Shown in pieces: positions 50,130 through 61,936 of a stretch of 64,000 nt of DNA (the first letter of the stretch is position 1; every line of letters starts with the position of its first letter). A model generated the notes under the pieces. That model was not told the DNA's origin and made no database searches. It saw only the letters and a program-made list of their open reading frames with translations. The stretch is from assembly GCF_018350175.1 (NCBI RefSeq), contig NC_058368.1, positions 2,294,001 through 2,358,000 of the forward strand. The letters are read 5' to 3'. The translations under genes were made by a program, and so were the position numbers. The stretch is from Felis catus (taxonomy: Eukaryota).

Positions 50130-50845
50130 TAAATTGGTAAAACAGTATGGAGGTGTCTCAAAAAATTAAAAACAGAAACACCACCTAATCCAATAATTCC
50201 ACCACTGGGTATTCATTCAAAGAAAACAAAAACACTACTTTGAAAAGATATGTACACCTCTATGTTTAGTGCAGCATTCTTTATAATAGCCAAGATACAG
50301 AAGCAACCCAAGTGTCCATCCACAGATGAACTGATAAAGATGTGGGATAAACATACAATGGAATATTATTTAGGCATTAAAAAGGACAAGATCTTACTAT
50401 CTGTGACAACATGGATGGACCCAGAGGGTATTAAGCTAAGTGAAGTAAGTCAGAGGAAGACACACCGTATGATCTCACTTATATTGGAACTTAAAAAACA
50501 AAACAAATGAATAGACGAACAAGCAGAATCAGATCTATAAATACACAGAACAAATTGATGGTTGCCAGAGGGGAGGGCAATGGGGGGACGGCACCTGGGC
50601 GAAAGGGAGCAGGAGATACAGGCTGCTAGTTACGGAAAGAGTGAGTCATGAAAATAAAAGCAAAGGGAATACACTTAATGGCACTGTGATAGCACGGCAT
50701 GATGACAGGTGGTTAACTCCACTCAGGGTGAGCGGCCACAACGTAACACAGCGTTGCTGAAGCACTGTGCTGTCCACCTGGAACTGATGTAGCACTGTGT
50801 GTCAGCGACGGTCAAAAAAATGTAAAGTAAAATAATAAAAAAAGA
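50130..50845 (+). mobile_element. 5'-truncated L1 3' end
   Basis: ORF 50250..50510 (KQPKCPSTDELIK...TTWMDPEGIKLSEVSQ), 3' UTR and A-rich tail. Confidence 0.9.
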
Positions 50846-50984
50846 ACCCCTGGTCATGCTAGTGTCGCATCTGCCATATTTCAGTCTGTACTCAGAGAGG
50901 CTTACGCCAGGTCTCACTGTGGTCTGAAGACTATACTGCTATATATTTCGTTCTACAGTAAAAGCTCCATTTGAAAGAGCAGAA

Positions 50985-51292
50985 ACACAGAGGCTGGGGT
51001 GCCAAACCTGTGTAGTCGAAAATCTGCGCATAACTTTTGAGTCCCCCAAAACTTACTGACTAATAGCCCGTTGTTGACTGAAAGCATTACTGATAGCATA
51101 AACGTATTTTGTATGTTGTGTGCACTCTACACTGTATTCTTACAATAAAGTAAGCTAAAGATATTCTTAAGTATTTCTTAAATATTAAGAAAATCGTAAG
51201 GAAGAGAAAGTACATCTACAGCGCTGTGAACACAATCTGCGTGTAGCTGAACCTGTGTAGCTCAGACCCACGCTGTTCAAAGGTCGGCGGCA
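50985..51292. mobile_element. Tigger2a/MER28-like TcMar DNA transposon remnant
   Basis: gtcgaaaatctgcgcataacttttga...ttcttacaataaagtaagcta...tgttcaaaggtc match the recalled Tigger2a consensus. Confidence 0.8.
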
Positions 51293-51379
51293 TTCTCTTC
51301 TGCCAGACGGACTCTCTGGTTTCCTCAGACACTTTCTGAAATGGCTGTACATGACACTGACTCATGCTAGCAACACGCT

Positions 51380-51760
51380 AAGTGCCTAGCATGCAGTGAA
51401 AGTGCTGTTCTAAGCGTTGAGAATATAGCAGTTAAGGACAGATAATATCCTTGCTGTCACGAAACTTCCATTCTAACGGACTAGGGATAACAGCGAACAA
51501 ATCAGTAAGAGAATTTCAACGTCAAGCGTAGGACTAGAGTGAGATAAAACAAAAGTGGGGTAACAGGACTCTGAGACTGCTGGGTCACTGCTAGGTTGAT
51601 TCTGGGTGGTTCTTTGCGAGCACCTGACATTGGGGCTGAGATCTGCCTGCTAAAAGCTACCAAAGGAATGGGGATAGGACGTTCTAGGCAGACGGAAAAC
51701 GACAGTTTGTGGCAGAAATCAGGGTGCTTTGAGAGACACAGAAAGAAAGTAAAGTGGTCA
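51380..51760 (-). mobile_element. L2 fragment
   Basis: aagtgcctagcatgc...gtgctgttctaagcgttgagaatatagcagt. Confidence 0.6.
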
Positions 51761-52809
51761 GAATACACAAGCACATTCACCAAATACAAACTCTAGGATT
51801 ACTGAAGTACTGCCAAGCTATTTAAATTTATATTGATCCGGATTCTCAATTACAGGCCGAAAATGAAGAAATGTATATAGGGTTGATTTAACTTATTTTT
51901 GCTTTCACAATCATGAGAGTTTAAATTCCGAAACAAGAACATGAACTGAAAATCAAGAAGAATAAATTCTACTGAAGGCTTTTACATGTACTTACTAGTA
52001 ACTCTAGCAGGTGTATTTAGCGTGATAAAGTTATAACACTACTATATGAAGAGCAAAAGCCTTCCTGCCAGTATGGAATCGATGTGAAATGAAAGGACCA
52101 CCTACGGAGAAATTCACACTAGTAAACAGACTTGTCATTAGGCTATTGTTTAAAGAAATTGCTCTAAAGCCCTGGCACTCGGCCCAAACAAGCAGATGTG
52201 CTATCTCTCAAGGTAAAGATTAAGTGGATTATCCACTGCCAGCTTTGATCATTGCTGGTATTATTATTATCTGACAGAAACAGCTTATTCAGAGAGTTGC
52301 ATTTTACTTGTTTTTGGGATAGAGAATTAAGCAACAACTTCACAGTTTCTAGGTCTGGATATTAAAGAAACGTGAACAGACTGCATAACCCAAAAGGCAC
52401 AAATGGAGGAAATGCATGTTTTAGGACATTTTTAAGAGGCTTTATATTAACATATTTCCTGCTATTTTTGTATTTGCTGTCCGTATTGCTTTGTTACATC
52501 TATGTTTTGGGGATTAAAGTAATTTTCATCACTTGCTCTCATTATGCATTAGAACTTATGGTAGGAACAGCAATAAGTAAAATTTACTGGAGAAACATTC
52601 AGATAATTTATAAAACAAAACAAATATCCCATACCCTTTAAATATGTTCTGATCTGAGAACTGTCAGGTTTGTTGAATAAAATTTCAAATATAAAATGTT
52701 ACATGTTTAAGCTTCCTAATAGAATGACCATGGAAATGAAATAATTATTCAAATAATTAGCGTAAATGTCCTTTTACTCTATGCTGTAATTTTTTAAATT
52801 GAGGTATAA

Positions 52810-53012
52810 TTACAATCTTATTCATATGTGGAATTTAAGAAGCAAAACAAATGAACAAAGAAAAAAAAAAACAAAGGAGAGAGACAAACCAAGAAACAGT
52901 CTCTTAACTATAAAGAACAAACTGATGGTTACCAGAGAGGGATGGATGGGAGGATGGGTGAAATGGGTGATGGGGATCAAGGAGTGCACTTACGATGGAA
53001 AAAAAATAAAAT
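52810..53012 (+). mobile_element. Short L1 3' fragment inserted into the 3' end of the older L1
   Basis: TSD aaattgaggtataa at 52796-52809 and 53013-53026. Confidence 0.9.
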
Positions 53013-54167
53013 AAATTGAGGTATAACTGACATAGCACCTATTAGTTTCAGGTACACAACATAATGACCTGATATTTGTATATACTGTGAAATGATCACC
53101 ACGATAAATCTTGTTTTCCTCTGTTATCATACAGAGTTACATAATATGCAATACAATGTTACTGACTACAGCCACAATGCTGTATACCATATCCCCATGA
53201 CTTACTTATTTGATGACTGAAAATTTGTACGTCTTGATCCCCTTCTCCCGTTTCACTCACCTCTCCAACCACTCTCCTCTGGCAACCACCAATCTGTTCT
53301 CTCTGTCTAGGAGTCTTGTTTTGTTTGTTCGTTTGTTTTGTTTTCTAGATCCCACGTATAAGTAAAACCATGTGGTGTTTGTTTTTCTCTTAGTTCGCGA
53401 AGCATGAACATATCCTAAAGGTCCATCCATGTTGGCCCAAAAGGCAAGACGGCCTTCTTTTTCACGGCTGGGTAATACTGCATTACACACACGTAGTACT
53501 TCTTCAGCCATTCATCCACTGATGAACATGTTGGTCGTTTCCATAGCTTGACTATAGTGAACAACGCTGAGACAAACAGATGTCTGAACTAGTGTTTTCA
53601 TTTTCTTGGGGTAAATACCTACAAGTAGAACTGCCGAAATCATGTAATAGTTCTGAGTTTAGTTTTTGGAGAATCTTCCATACTGTCTTCCTCAGCGGCT
53701 GCACCGATTTACATCTGCGCCGACGACGCGCAAGTGTTCCCTTTCTCTACATCCTTGCCAGGACTTCCACTTGCCTTTCTGACGACAGCCATCCTGACAG
53801 GTGCGAGGTGGTATCTCCTTGTGGTTTTGATTTGTGCTTCCCTGATAATTAGTGATGTTGAGCATCTTATCCTGTGTCTGTGGGCCATCTGCATGTCTTA
53901 TTTGGAAAAATGCTTATTCAGATTCTCCGCTCATTTTCTAAAACAGATTGTTTGCTTCTGCTTTTGCGTGTGTGTTGAACCGAATGAGTTCTTTACACAT
54001 TTTGCATATTAACCTCTTATCAGAATATGATTTGCAAATATTTTCTCCGAGTCAACAGACTGCCTTTTTGTTGTGTTGATGGTTTCCTGTGTTGTGCAAG
54101 AAGCCTTTTAGTTTGCTGTAGTTCATTTGTTTATTTATACCTTGTTGCCATTCCCTTTGCAGTCTGA

Positions 54168-54244
<77 letters not shown>

Positions 54245-57200
54245 CTAAGAGCAATGTCAAGGAGCTAAATGCCTATGTTTTCTTCTAGAAGTTTTATGCT
54301 TTCTGGTCTTATATTCAAATCTTTAATGCATTTTGAGTCAGTTTTGTGTATGGTGGAAGAGAGTGGTATAGTTAGTTTCATTCTTTTGCATGTAGCTGTC
54401 CGGTTTTCCCAGTACCATTTACTGAAGAGAGTGTCTTTTCCTGATTATATATTCTTGCCTCCTTTGTCATGATTTAACTGACCACATATGCATGGCTTTA
54501 TACCTGGGCTCTTTCTTCTGTCTCACTGATCTATGCATCTGCTATTATGCCAATATTATAGTGTAGATTTGCAATGGTTTGAAATCAGGCAGCATGAGAA
54601 TTCCAGCTTTGATTTTCTTATGCAAGGTTGCTTTGGCTATTAGAAATCTTCTGTGGTTCCAAATAAATGTTAGGACTGTTCTGTTTTCATGAAAAATGTC
54701 ACTGGAATTTTGGTAGGGACTGCATTCAATTTATAGACTGCTTTGGGTAATAGGGACATTTTAGCAATATTAATTCTTCCAATTCATGAGCATGGAATAT
54801 CTTTCCATTTATTTGTGTCTTCTTTGATCTCTTTCACTAATGTACTGTGGTTTTCAGATTACAGGTCTTTCACCTCCTTGGTTAAATTTATTACCAGGTA
54901 TTTTATTCTTTTTCATACAATTTTAACTGGAACTTTTTCCTAATTTTTCTGAGAGTTCATTGTTAGTGTACAAAAACATCAACAGGTTCCTGTATGCTGA
55001 TTTTCTATCCTCACCCTTACTGAATTTGTTTCTGACCAACAAAGTCTTTAGTATTTTTCTATACATAAAATAGTGCTGTCCACGTACAGCGGCAGTGATG
55101 GCTCCAGCTGGGACTTCCAATACTATGCTGAATAAAAGTAGTGAGCGTGGGCACCCTTGTTTTATTCCTGATCTTAGAGGAGAAGCTTTCAGCTTCTTAC
55201 CATTAAGCATGATGTTGGCTGTGGGTTTGTAATATCTGGCCTTATTATGTTGAGGTAGGTTCCCTCTATACCCACTTTGTAGAGACTTTTTATCCTAAGT
55301 CGATGTTGAATTTTGTCAAATGCTTTTTCTGTATCTGTTGAGAGGATTCCATGATTTTTATGCTTCATTTTGTTGATGTGGTGTACCATGTAAATTGGTT
55401 TGCAGATGCTGAAACATCCTTGCACCCCTGAAATCAATCTCACTTGAACATGATTATGATATTTTTTAATGTATTACTGGACTCAGTTTGATAGTATTTT
55501 GTTGAGGATTTTTGCATCTATGTTCATCGAGGATATTGGCCTATGATTTTTCTCCTTTTTGTTTCTTTTCTTTTCTATCCTTTTCTCTTTTCTTTTTCTT
55601 TCCTCTTACCTTCCCTCCCTTCTGTTTTTCCTTTTCTCCTTCCTTTCTTTGTGGTGTCCTTGTTTGGTTTAAAAAATTTTTTTTTTCATGTTTATTTTTG
55701 AGACAGAGAGAGAGAGATAGAGCATGAGCAGGGGAGGGGCAGAGAGAGAGGGGGAGACAGAGATTCCGAAACAGGCTCTAGGCTCCGAGCTGTCAGCCCA
55801 GAGCCCGACGTGGGGCTCGAACCCACAGACTGCGGGATCATGACCTGAGCCAAAGTTGGACGCTCAACCGACTAAGCCACCCAGGCGCCCCATATCCTTG
55901 TTTGGTTTTAGTGCCAGGATAATGTTGGTCGTCTTGTAAAATGAGTTTGGAAGCATTCTCCTCTTCAATTTTTTAAAAGAAGAATTTCAGAAGTACAAGT
56001 ATTAAATGTTCTTTGAATGTTTGGGAGAATTCACCAGTAAAGCCATCTGGTCCTGAACTTTTGTTTGTTGAAAAGTTTCTGATTACTGATTCAGTCTCTG
56101 TTCTGGTAATCAGTTCAATTCAGATTTTCTATTTCTTCATGACTCAGACTTAGATGATTGTATGTTTCTAGGAATTTATCCATTTCTTCTAGTTGTGCAG
56201 TCTGCTGGGAGCATAATTCTTCATAGGTGTCTCTTACGATTCCTTCTATTTCTGTGGTATCAGATGTAACCTCCCTTCTTTCACTTCTGATTTTACTTAT
56301 TTGAGCACTTCTTTCTGGATGAGGCTATCCAAAGGTTTGTCAATTTTTTAGTTCTCTTTATTTTTATTACAATTTTTTTTAGTGTTTATTTATTTTTGAG
56401 AGAGGAAGAGACAAAGCAAGAGTGGGGAAGGGGCAGAGAAAGAGGGAGACACAGATTCCGAAGCAGGCTCCAGGCTCCGAGCTGACAGCAGAGAGCCCGA
56501 TGTGGGGCTCAAACGCACGAACTGCGAGATCATGACCTGTGCCGAAGCTGGGACGCTTAAACGACTGAGCCACCCGGGCACCCCATGTAGTTCTCTTTAA
56601 AGAACCAACTCTTAGTTTGATTGATTTCGTCTATTGTCTTTCTAGTCTTCATTTCATTCATTTCTTCTCTGATTCTTAATTATTTTCCTCCTTCTTCCTT
56701 CTACTAATTTTGGGCTTCCTTTGTTCCTCTTTTTCTAGATCCTTTAGGTGTAAAGTTAGATTAAGATTTTTCTTGTTTCTTAAGACAGGCCCGTATTACC
56801 ATAAAGTTAGATTTTGCTTTGTTTGTATTTTCATTTTCATTTGTCTCAAGGTATTTTTTTTATTTTTCCTTTAATTTCTTCATTGACCCATTGGTTGTTC
56901 AGTAGCACACTGTTCGATTTCCAAACATCTGTGATTCTTCTAGTTTTGTTTTTGTGACGGATTTCTTGTTTCATATCAGAGTGGCCTGAAAAGATGCCTG
57001 ATATGATTTCAATGTTCTTAAATTTGAGACTCATTTTGTGACCGATCCTGGAGAATATTCCATATGCACTTAAGAAGAATGTGTATTCTGCTGCTATTGG
57101 ATGGAATACCTGTGTATATCAAGTTCATCTGGTCTAATGTGTTGTTTAAGGCTGATGTTTACTTAATGACTTTGGATGGGCTTTGCACTGATGTAAAGGG

Positions 57201-59830
57201 GGTATTAAAGTCCTCTACTATGATTGTATTGCTGTTGATTCCTCCCTTCATGTCTGTTAATATTGCTTTATAGATTTATATTCATATATTTAGTTGCTCC
57301 TATGTTCAGTGCACAAATGTTATATCTTCTTGCTGGATTGAATACTTTATCATTATGTAATGCCCATCTTTGTCTTTTATTAAAGTTTCTTTTAAAGTCT
57401 ATTTTGTCTGATGTAAGTAAAGCTACTTATTATCTTTCTTCTGGTTTCCATTTGCATGAACTATCTTTTTCCGTCTCTTCACTTTTCAGTCTGTGTGTCT
57501 TAGATCGGAAATGTGTCTCTTGTAGGTGATATATAGATGGGTCTCTCTTTTTTTTTAAATCCATTCAGGCACTCTATATCTTTTCTTAATAACTTAGGCC
57601 ATTTGCATTTAAAGTAATTATAGATAGGTATTTATTACTGTCATTTTGTTGATTGTTTTCTGGTTGTTTTGTAGTTCTTCTTTGTTTCTTCCTTCTTCTC
57701 TCTCTTCCTCATGGTTACATGCCATCTTTTAGTGTTTAGATTCCATTCTCATTGTCTTTTGTGTATCTACTATGATTTTTGCTTTGTGGTCACCAGGAAG
57801 CTTACATATATCAGCCTGTATGCATGTGTGTATGTATGTATATATATGTGTGTGTGTGTGCGTGCGTGTGTGTAAAACATATATATATCAGTCTATTTTA
57901 CCAAGTAAAATACCATTGATACCAAGTTAAGACTGCACTCTAAAAACCTACATTTTTACTCCCCTCCCCCTGCACAGTTTAGGTTTTGGATGTCACATTA
58001 AACATGTTTTTCTTTTGTATACCCATTAACTAATTGTTGTAGTTATAGTTATTTTAACTTTTTTCTTTTAAGCTTCATGCCAGATTTGTGATCTGTCCAC
58101 TACATTTGCATTGACTATTGAGATTTTTCTTTTGAGATGTTTCCTTGTTACCAATTAGCTCCCCTTCTTTTCAGATTGAAGAAGTCCCTTAAAATTCCTT
58201 ATAAGGCCAGTTCATGGTGGCGAATTCCTTTAGTATTTGAACACTTCTTTATCTCTCCTTCAATTCTGAATGACAACCTTGCTGAGGAAAGTATGCTTGG
58301 TTAAAGTTTGTTGCTTTCAGCACTTTGAATATCATGCCACTCCCTTCTGGCCTGCAAAGTTTCTGCTTAAAAATCTGGTGACAGTCCCGTGGAGTCTCCC
58401 TTGTACATACAAGTTGTTTTTCTCCTGCTGCGTTTAAGAGTCTCCCTGTATCTTCAAATTTTGACATTTCAGAGATAATCGGTCTTATGGATACCACTGG
58501 GTTCATCTCATTTGGAATTCTCTGTGCTTCCCGGAACTGGAAGTTTGTTTCCTCCCCCGGGTTAGGGAAGTTTTCAGTCATTTTTTCAAATAAAATTTTA
58601 CATCCCTTTCTTGTTTTTGGGACTCCTAAATGTGAATGTTTTTCTGCTTGTTGTCCTATAGGTCCCTTAAACTATTTTCCCTTTTTGTTGCTTTGTGTGG
58701 GTGAGTTCCACTGTCCTGTCTTCTAGGTCACCTATCCTTTCTTCATCTTGTCTGCTTTGAGCCCCGTTAGGGTATTTTTCAGTTCAGTTATTGTGTTCTT
58801 TAGCTCTGTGACTTCTGTCTGGTACTTTCTTGTATCTTCTGTCTCTTTGTTGAAGTTCACTCTGCACTCATCCATTCTTCTCACAAGATAGGCAAGCATA
58901 TTTATGACCATTACTTAGAACATTTTATCAGGTAAATTACTTATCTCCATTTTGTTAAGGTGTTCTTCTGGAGTTATCTTGTTCTTTTATCTGGAACACA
59001 TTCCTCTGTTTTTGTTTTTTCCCCATTTTGTTTGACTCTGTATTTGTTTCTATGTATGAGGCAAAACAGCTGTATCTCATCTTGCTGGAGTGGTCACAGG
59101 AAGACAGGGGATGTGCTTCAGTCAGCTGTTTGCACAGTGCCCTGGGAGTGGTGGCCTGTCAAGAACTGCCTCTTCAATTGTTTTAGTCATGTGGGCCCCC
59201 CAAATTCAATCCTCTGTGGCCACCAGAGCCAGGCATTTAAGGGGCATCCCTTATGTGGACCGCACACACCTGTCAATTTGGCATAACAGGACAAGCCCAC
59301 TGCCACGTTTAGAAGGGCTGGGCCACGGGAGAGTGCACGAGTGGGGCAAACAGCAGAAGCGAGTTAAAATGAGACAGAAGTCTCGTGCTTGTGAGCCCCT
59401 CCACCTACATCTGCTCCTCCAGCAGGTGCTTTGAAGACTGGCCAGTGAGTTTCCTCCATCGATGGCCTCAGCACTTTGCAACCTACTGCTTTTGTGCTGA
59501 ATCCTGGGGTGAGTGAGTCTGTGCACGAGTTCTTTAAGAGTAGAGTCTCAGTTTTCTACAGCCCTGTGGATCTCTTGAATGCATGTCCCCTTGGTTTTCA
59601 ATGTTTTGGGAGCTCACCTCTTCAGTGTAGCTTCCAAGCGTTGGGGTGCCTGATGTGGGGCTCGAACCCCCTCAGGGACACACTCCTCCTCTCCCATCCG
59701 TTTTCATGTGGCCTTGTTATCTTTCAGTGTGGGGAAGCTGTTCAACTCGTTTCAGATCTTTTTCAGAGGCAAGTGATCCATATGCAGCCACAGACTTGGG
59801 GTGTCCACGGGAGGAAGTAAGTTTGGGTTT
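53013..59830 (-). mobile_element. Near-full-length old L1 (L1MA9-like 3' end), degenerate, with nested SINEs (55670-55890, 56360-56584) and a (TA)n at ~54187-54242
   Basis: ORF2-like fragments (54923..55210 [11 protein letters not shown], 55189..55443 KAFDKIQH, 56846..57034), ORF1-like 58249..58581 (ENFPN...EAQRIPN), 5' UTR to ~59830. Confidence 0.9.
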
Positions 59831-59859
59831 TCCTATACCCCCAATTTTCTTTATGCAGG

Positions 59860-61031
59860 TATTTAATTTATTTATCAAAAAAATTTTTTTGTAATGTTTA
59901 TTTATTTTTGAGAGACAGAAAGATAGAGCATGAGCAGGGGAGGGTCAGACAGAGGAGGAGACACAGAATCCAAAGCAGGCTTCAGGCTCCGAGCTGTCAG
60001 CACAGAGCCCAATGCAGGGCTCAAACCCATGAACTGCGAGGCGATGACCTGAGCAAAAGTCTGAGGCTTAACCGACTAAGCCACCAAGGCACCCTGAAAT
60101 GTTTATTTATTTTTGAGAGAGAGAGAGAAAGACAGAGTGTGAGCAGAGGAGGGGCAGAGGGAAAGGGAGACACAGAATCCGAAGCAGGCTCCAGGCTTGA
60201 GCTGTCAGCACAGAGCCCATTGTGGGGCTTGAACTCACAAACTACAAGGTCATGACCTGAGCTGAAGTCAGATGCTCAACCAACTGAGCCAGGCACCCCT
60301 TTATGCAGTTATTTTAAATGACTATATTATGCTCCATGAGTTATCAAGTTTACTGCTTTATTTCTATGATAAGCATAAAGAACCTTGTATAGGCTTAGAA
60401 GTTTGACCTTTATAACCTTACACTTAAAAAAAAATCAGTGACATATTATAACACGCTCTTTTCTTAATTCATAAGTTGATCATCTAAGAATTTTCCAAAT
60501 ATTTAAGGCAAAAATTGTAGTATTTAGAAAGTGTTGCATAAATTCAGCATGTTAGGTTATGTTAAGTATCCAAAAACTTTTCTTATTTAAAAAAATTTTT
60601 TTTAAATGTTTATTTAGTTTTGAGAGAGAGCGGGGAAGGGGCAGAGAGACAGAGAGGAGGACACAGAATCTGAAGCAGACTCTAGGGTCTGAGCTGTCAG
60701 CACAGAGCCCAACGTGGGGCTTGAACCCATGAACCATGAGATCATGATGTGAGCCGAAGTTGGATGCTTAACTGAGTCACCCAGGCGTCCCAATTTTATT
60801 ATTTTTAAAATGTTTGTTTATTTACTTTGAGAGAGAGAGAGAGAGAGAGAGAGCACGAGTGTGCACAAGTCGGGGAGGGGAGGAGGGAGAGCTCACGAGA
60901 GAATCCCGAGCAGGCTCTGTACCGTCAGCACGGAGCCCGATGCAGGGCTCGGACTCACGAACTGCGAGATCATGACCGGAGCCGAAATCAAGAGCTGGAT
61001 GCTTAACAGACTGAGCCACCCAGGTGCCCCC
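59860..61031 (-). mobile_element. Cluster of four CanSINEs (~59860-60094, 60095-60299, 60585-60791, 60805-61031)
   Basis: Consensus SINE bodies, all on the minus strand. Confidence 0.9.
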
Positions 61032-61936
61032 CAAAACTTCTGAAGTAGGTATGCTCAACAATCTTAGGCGTGAAGGCTGTATATGCAGTAAAAGAGACTT
61101 GCCTAGTCTCTTGGAGTAGGAAACTATGTTTCACTGCGAGAAGAGACCTGAAGACCACAAAGAAGAAAACCAACGTGCCTTCTATTGTCTTTTTTCAGTT
61201 TCATGTTCAGTGTCTTCTTTATCTGCAGGCTTTGTCATTGAGACTTGGGTTTCATCAAACATTACTGTAATGAATCGGAACTTTGGTCTTTGTAAGTATG
61301 ACAGTGATATTACCAGAGGCTCCATTGTGCCCACTGTGGAAAATTAGTTCCGACATCACACATCTAGGGATGTACGATGGTGGAGGCAGTACCTCTGAGG
61401 TCTGGCTCCCCATGCTTTGCTACTGCCCAAGATAAAAGCAGAAAGTTCATCCATGTCTGAGGGATTTATGGTTTGTGAACGTGCTGACAGTTTAATTAAC
61501 ATAACGGAATTTACCTTCATATAGAACAGCCTTTTCATGACTATTAGGCTCTACCTAATAATCTTAAATATGTCCTCTTCTTGTACCTGAGGTAGACTGA
61601 GGTAGGCGGAGCGTAATGGTACCCTGTATGACACTATTTCAGGTGTCACTTGTGCAGACAGTTGGTTTCCTACCTTAAACTGGTATCAGATTAATTTCCT
61701 TCTTTAAATGCCAAGCATCTCAGAAGAATAATTTTTATCTATGGACATCGATTCTGTATTTCCTTTCTTTTTTTTTTTAATATTAACCGTGTAATTTATT
61801 ATTTAAACCAGGTACTTGTAAGAGTGAAGGAGGGCACTACAAATAATTGCAGTTAGTACGAGTAACCACTGGACTGTCTACATTTGAACAAACTGGGCTG
61901 TATATTCATTCTAGTGATAGGAAGAGGAATAAAGGG

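Noticed and set aside
974..61061. Many 60-200 aa ORFs with recurring peptides (AQSVKRPTSAQVMIS, ERGRGRERGRHRI) and tRNA-like A/B boxes
   Set aside because: These are translations and promoter boxes of CanSINE copies, not protein or tRNA genes
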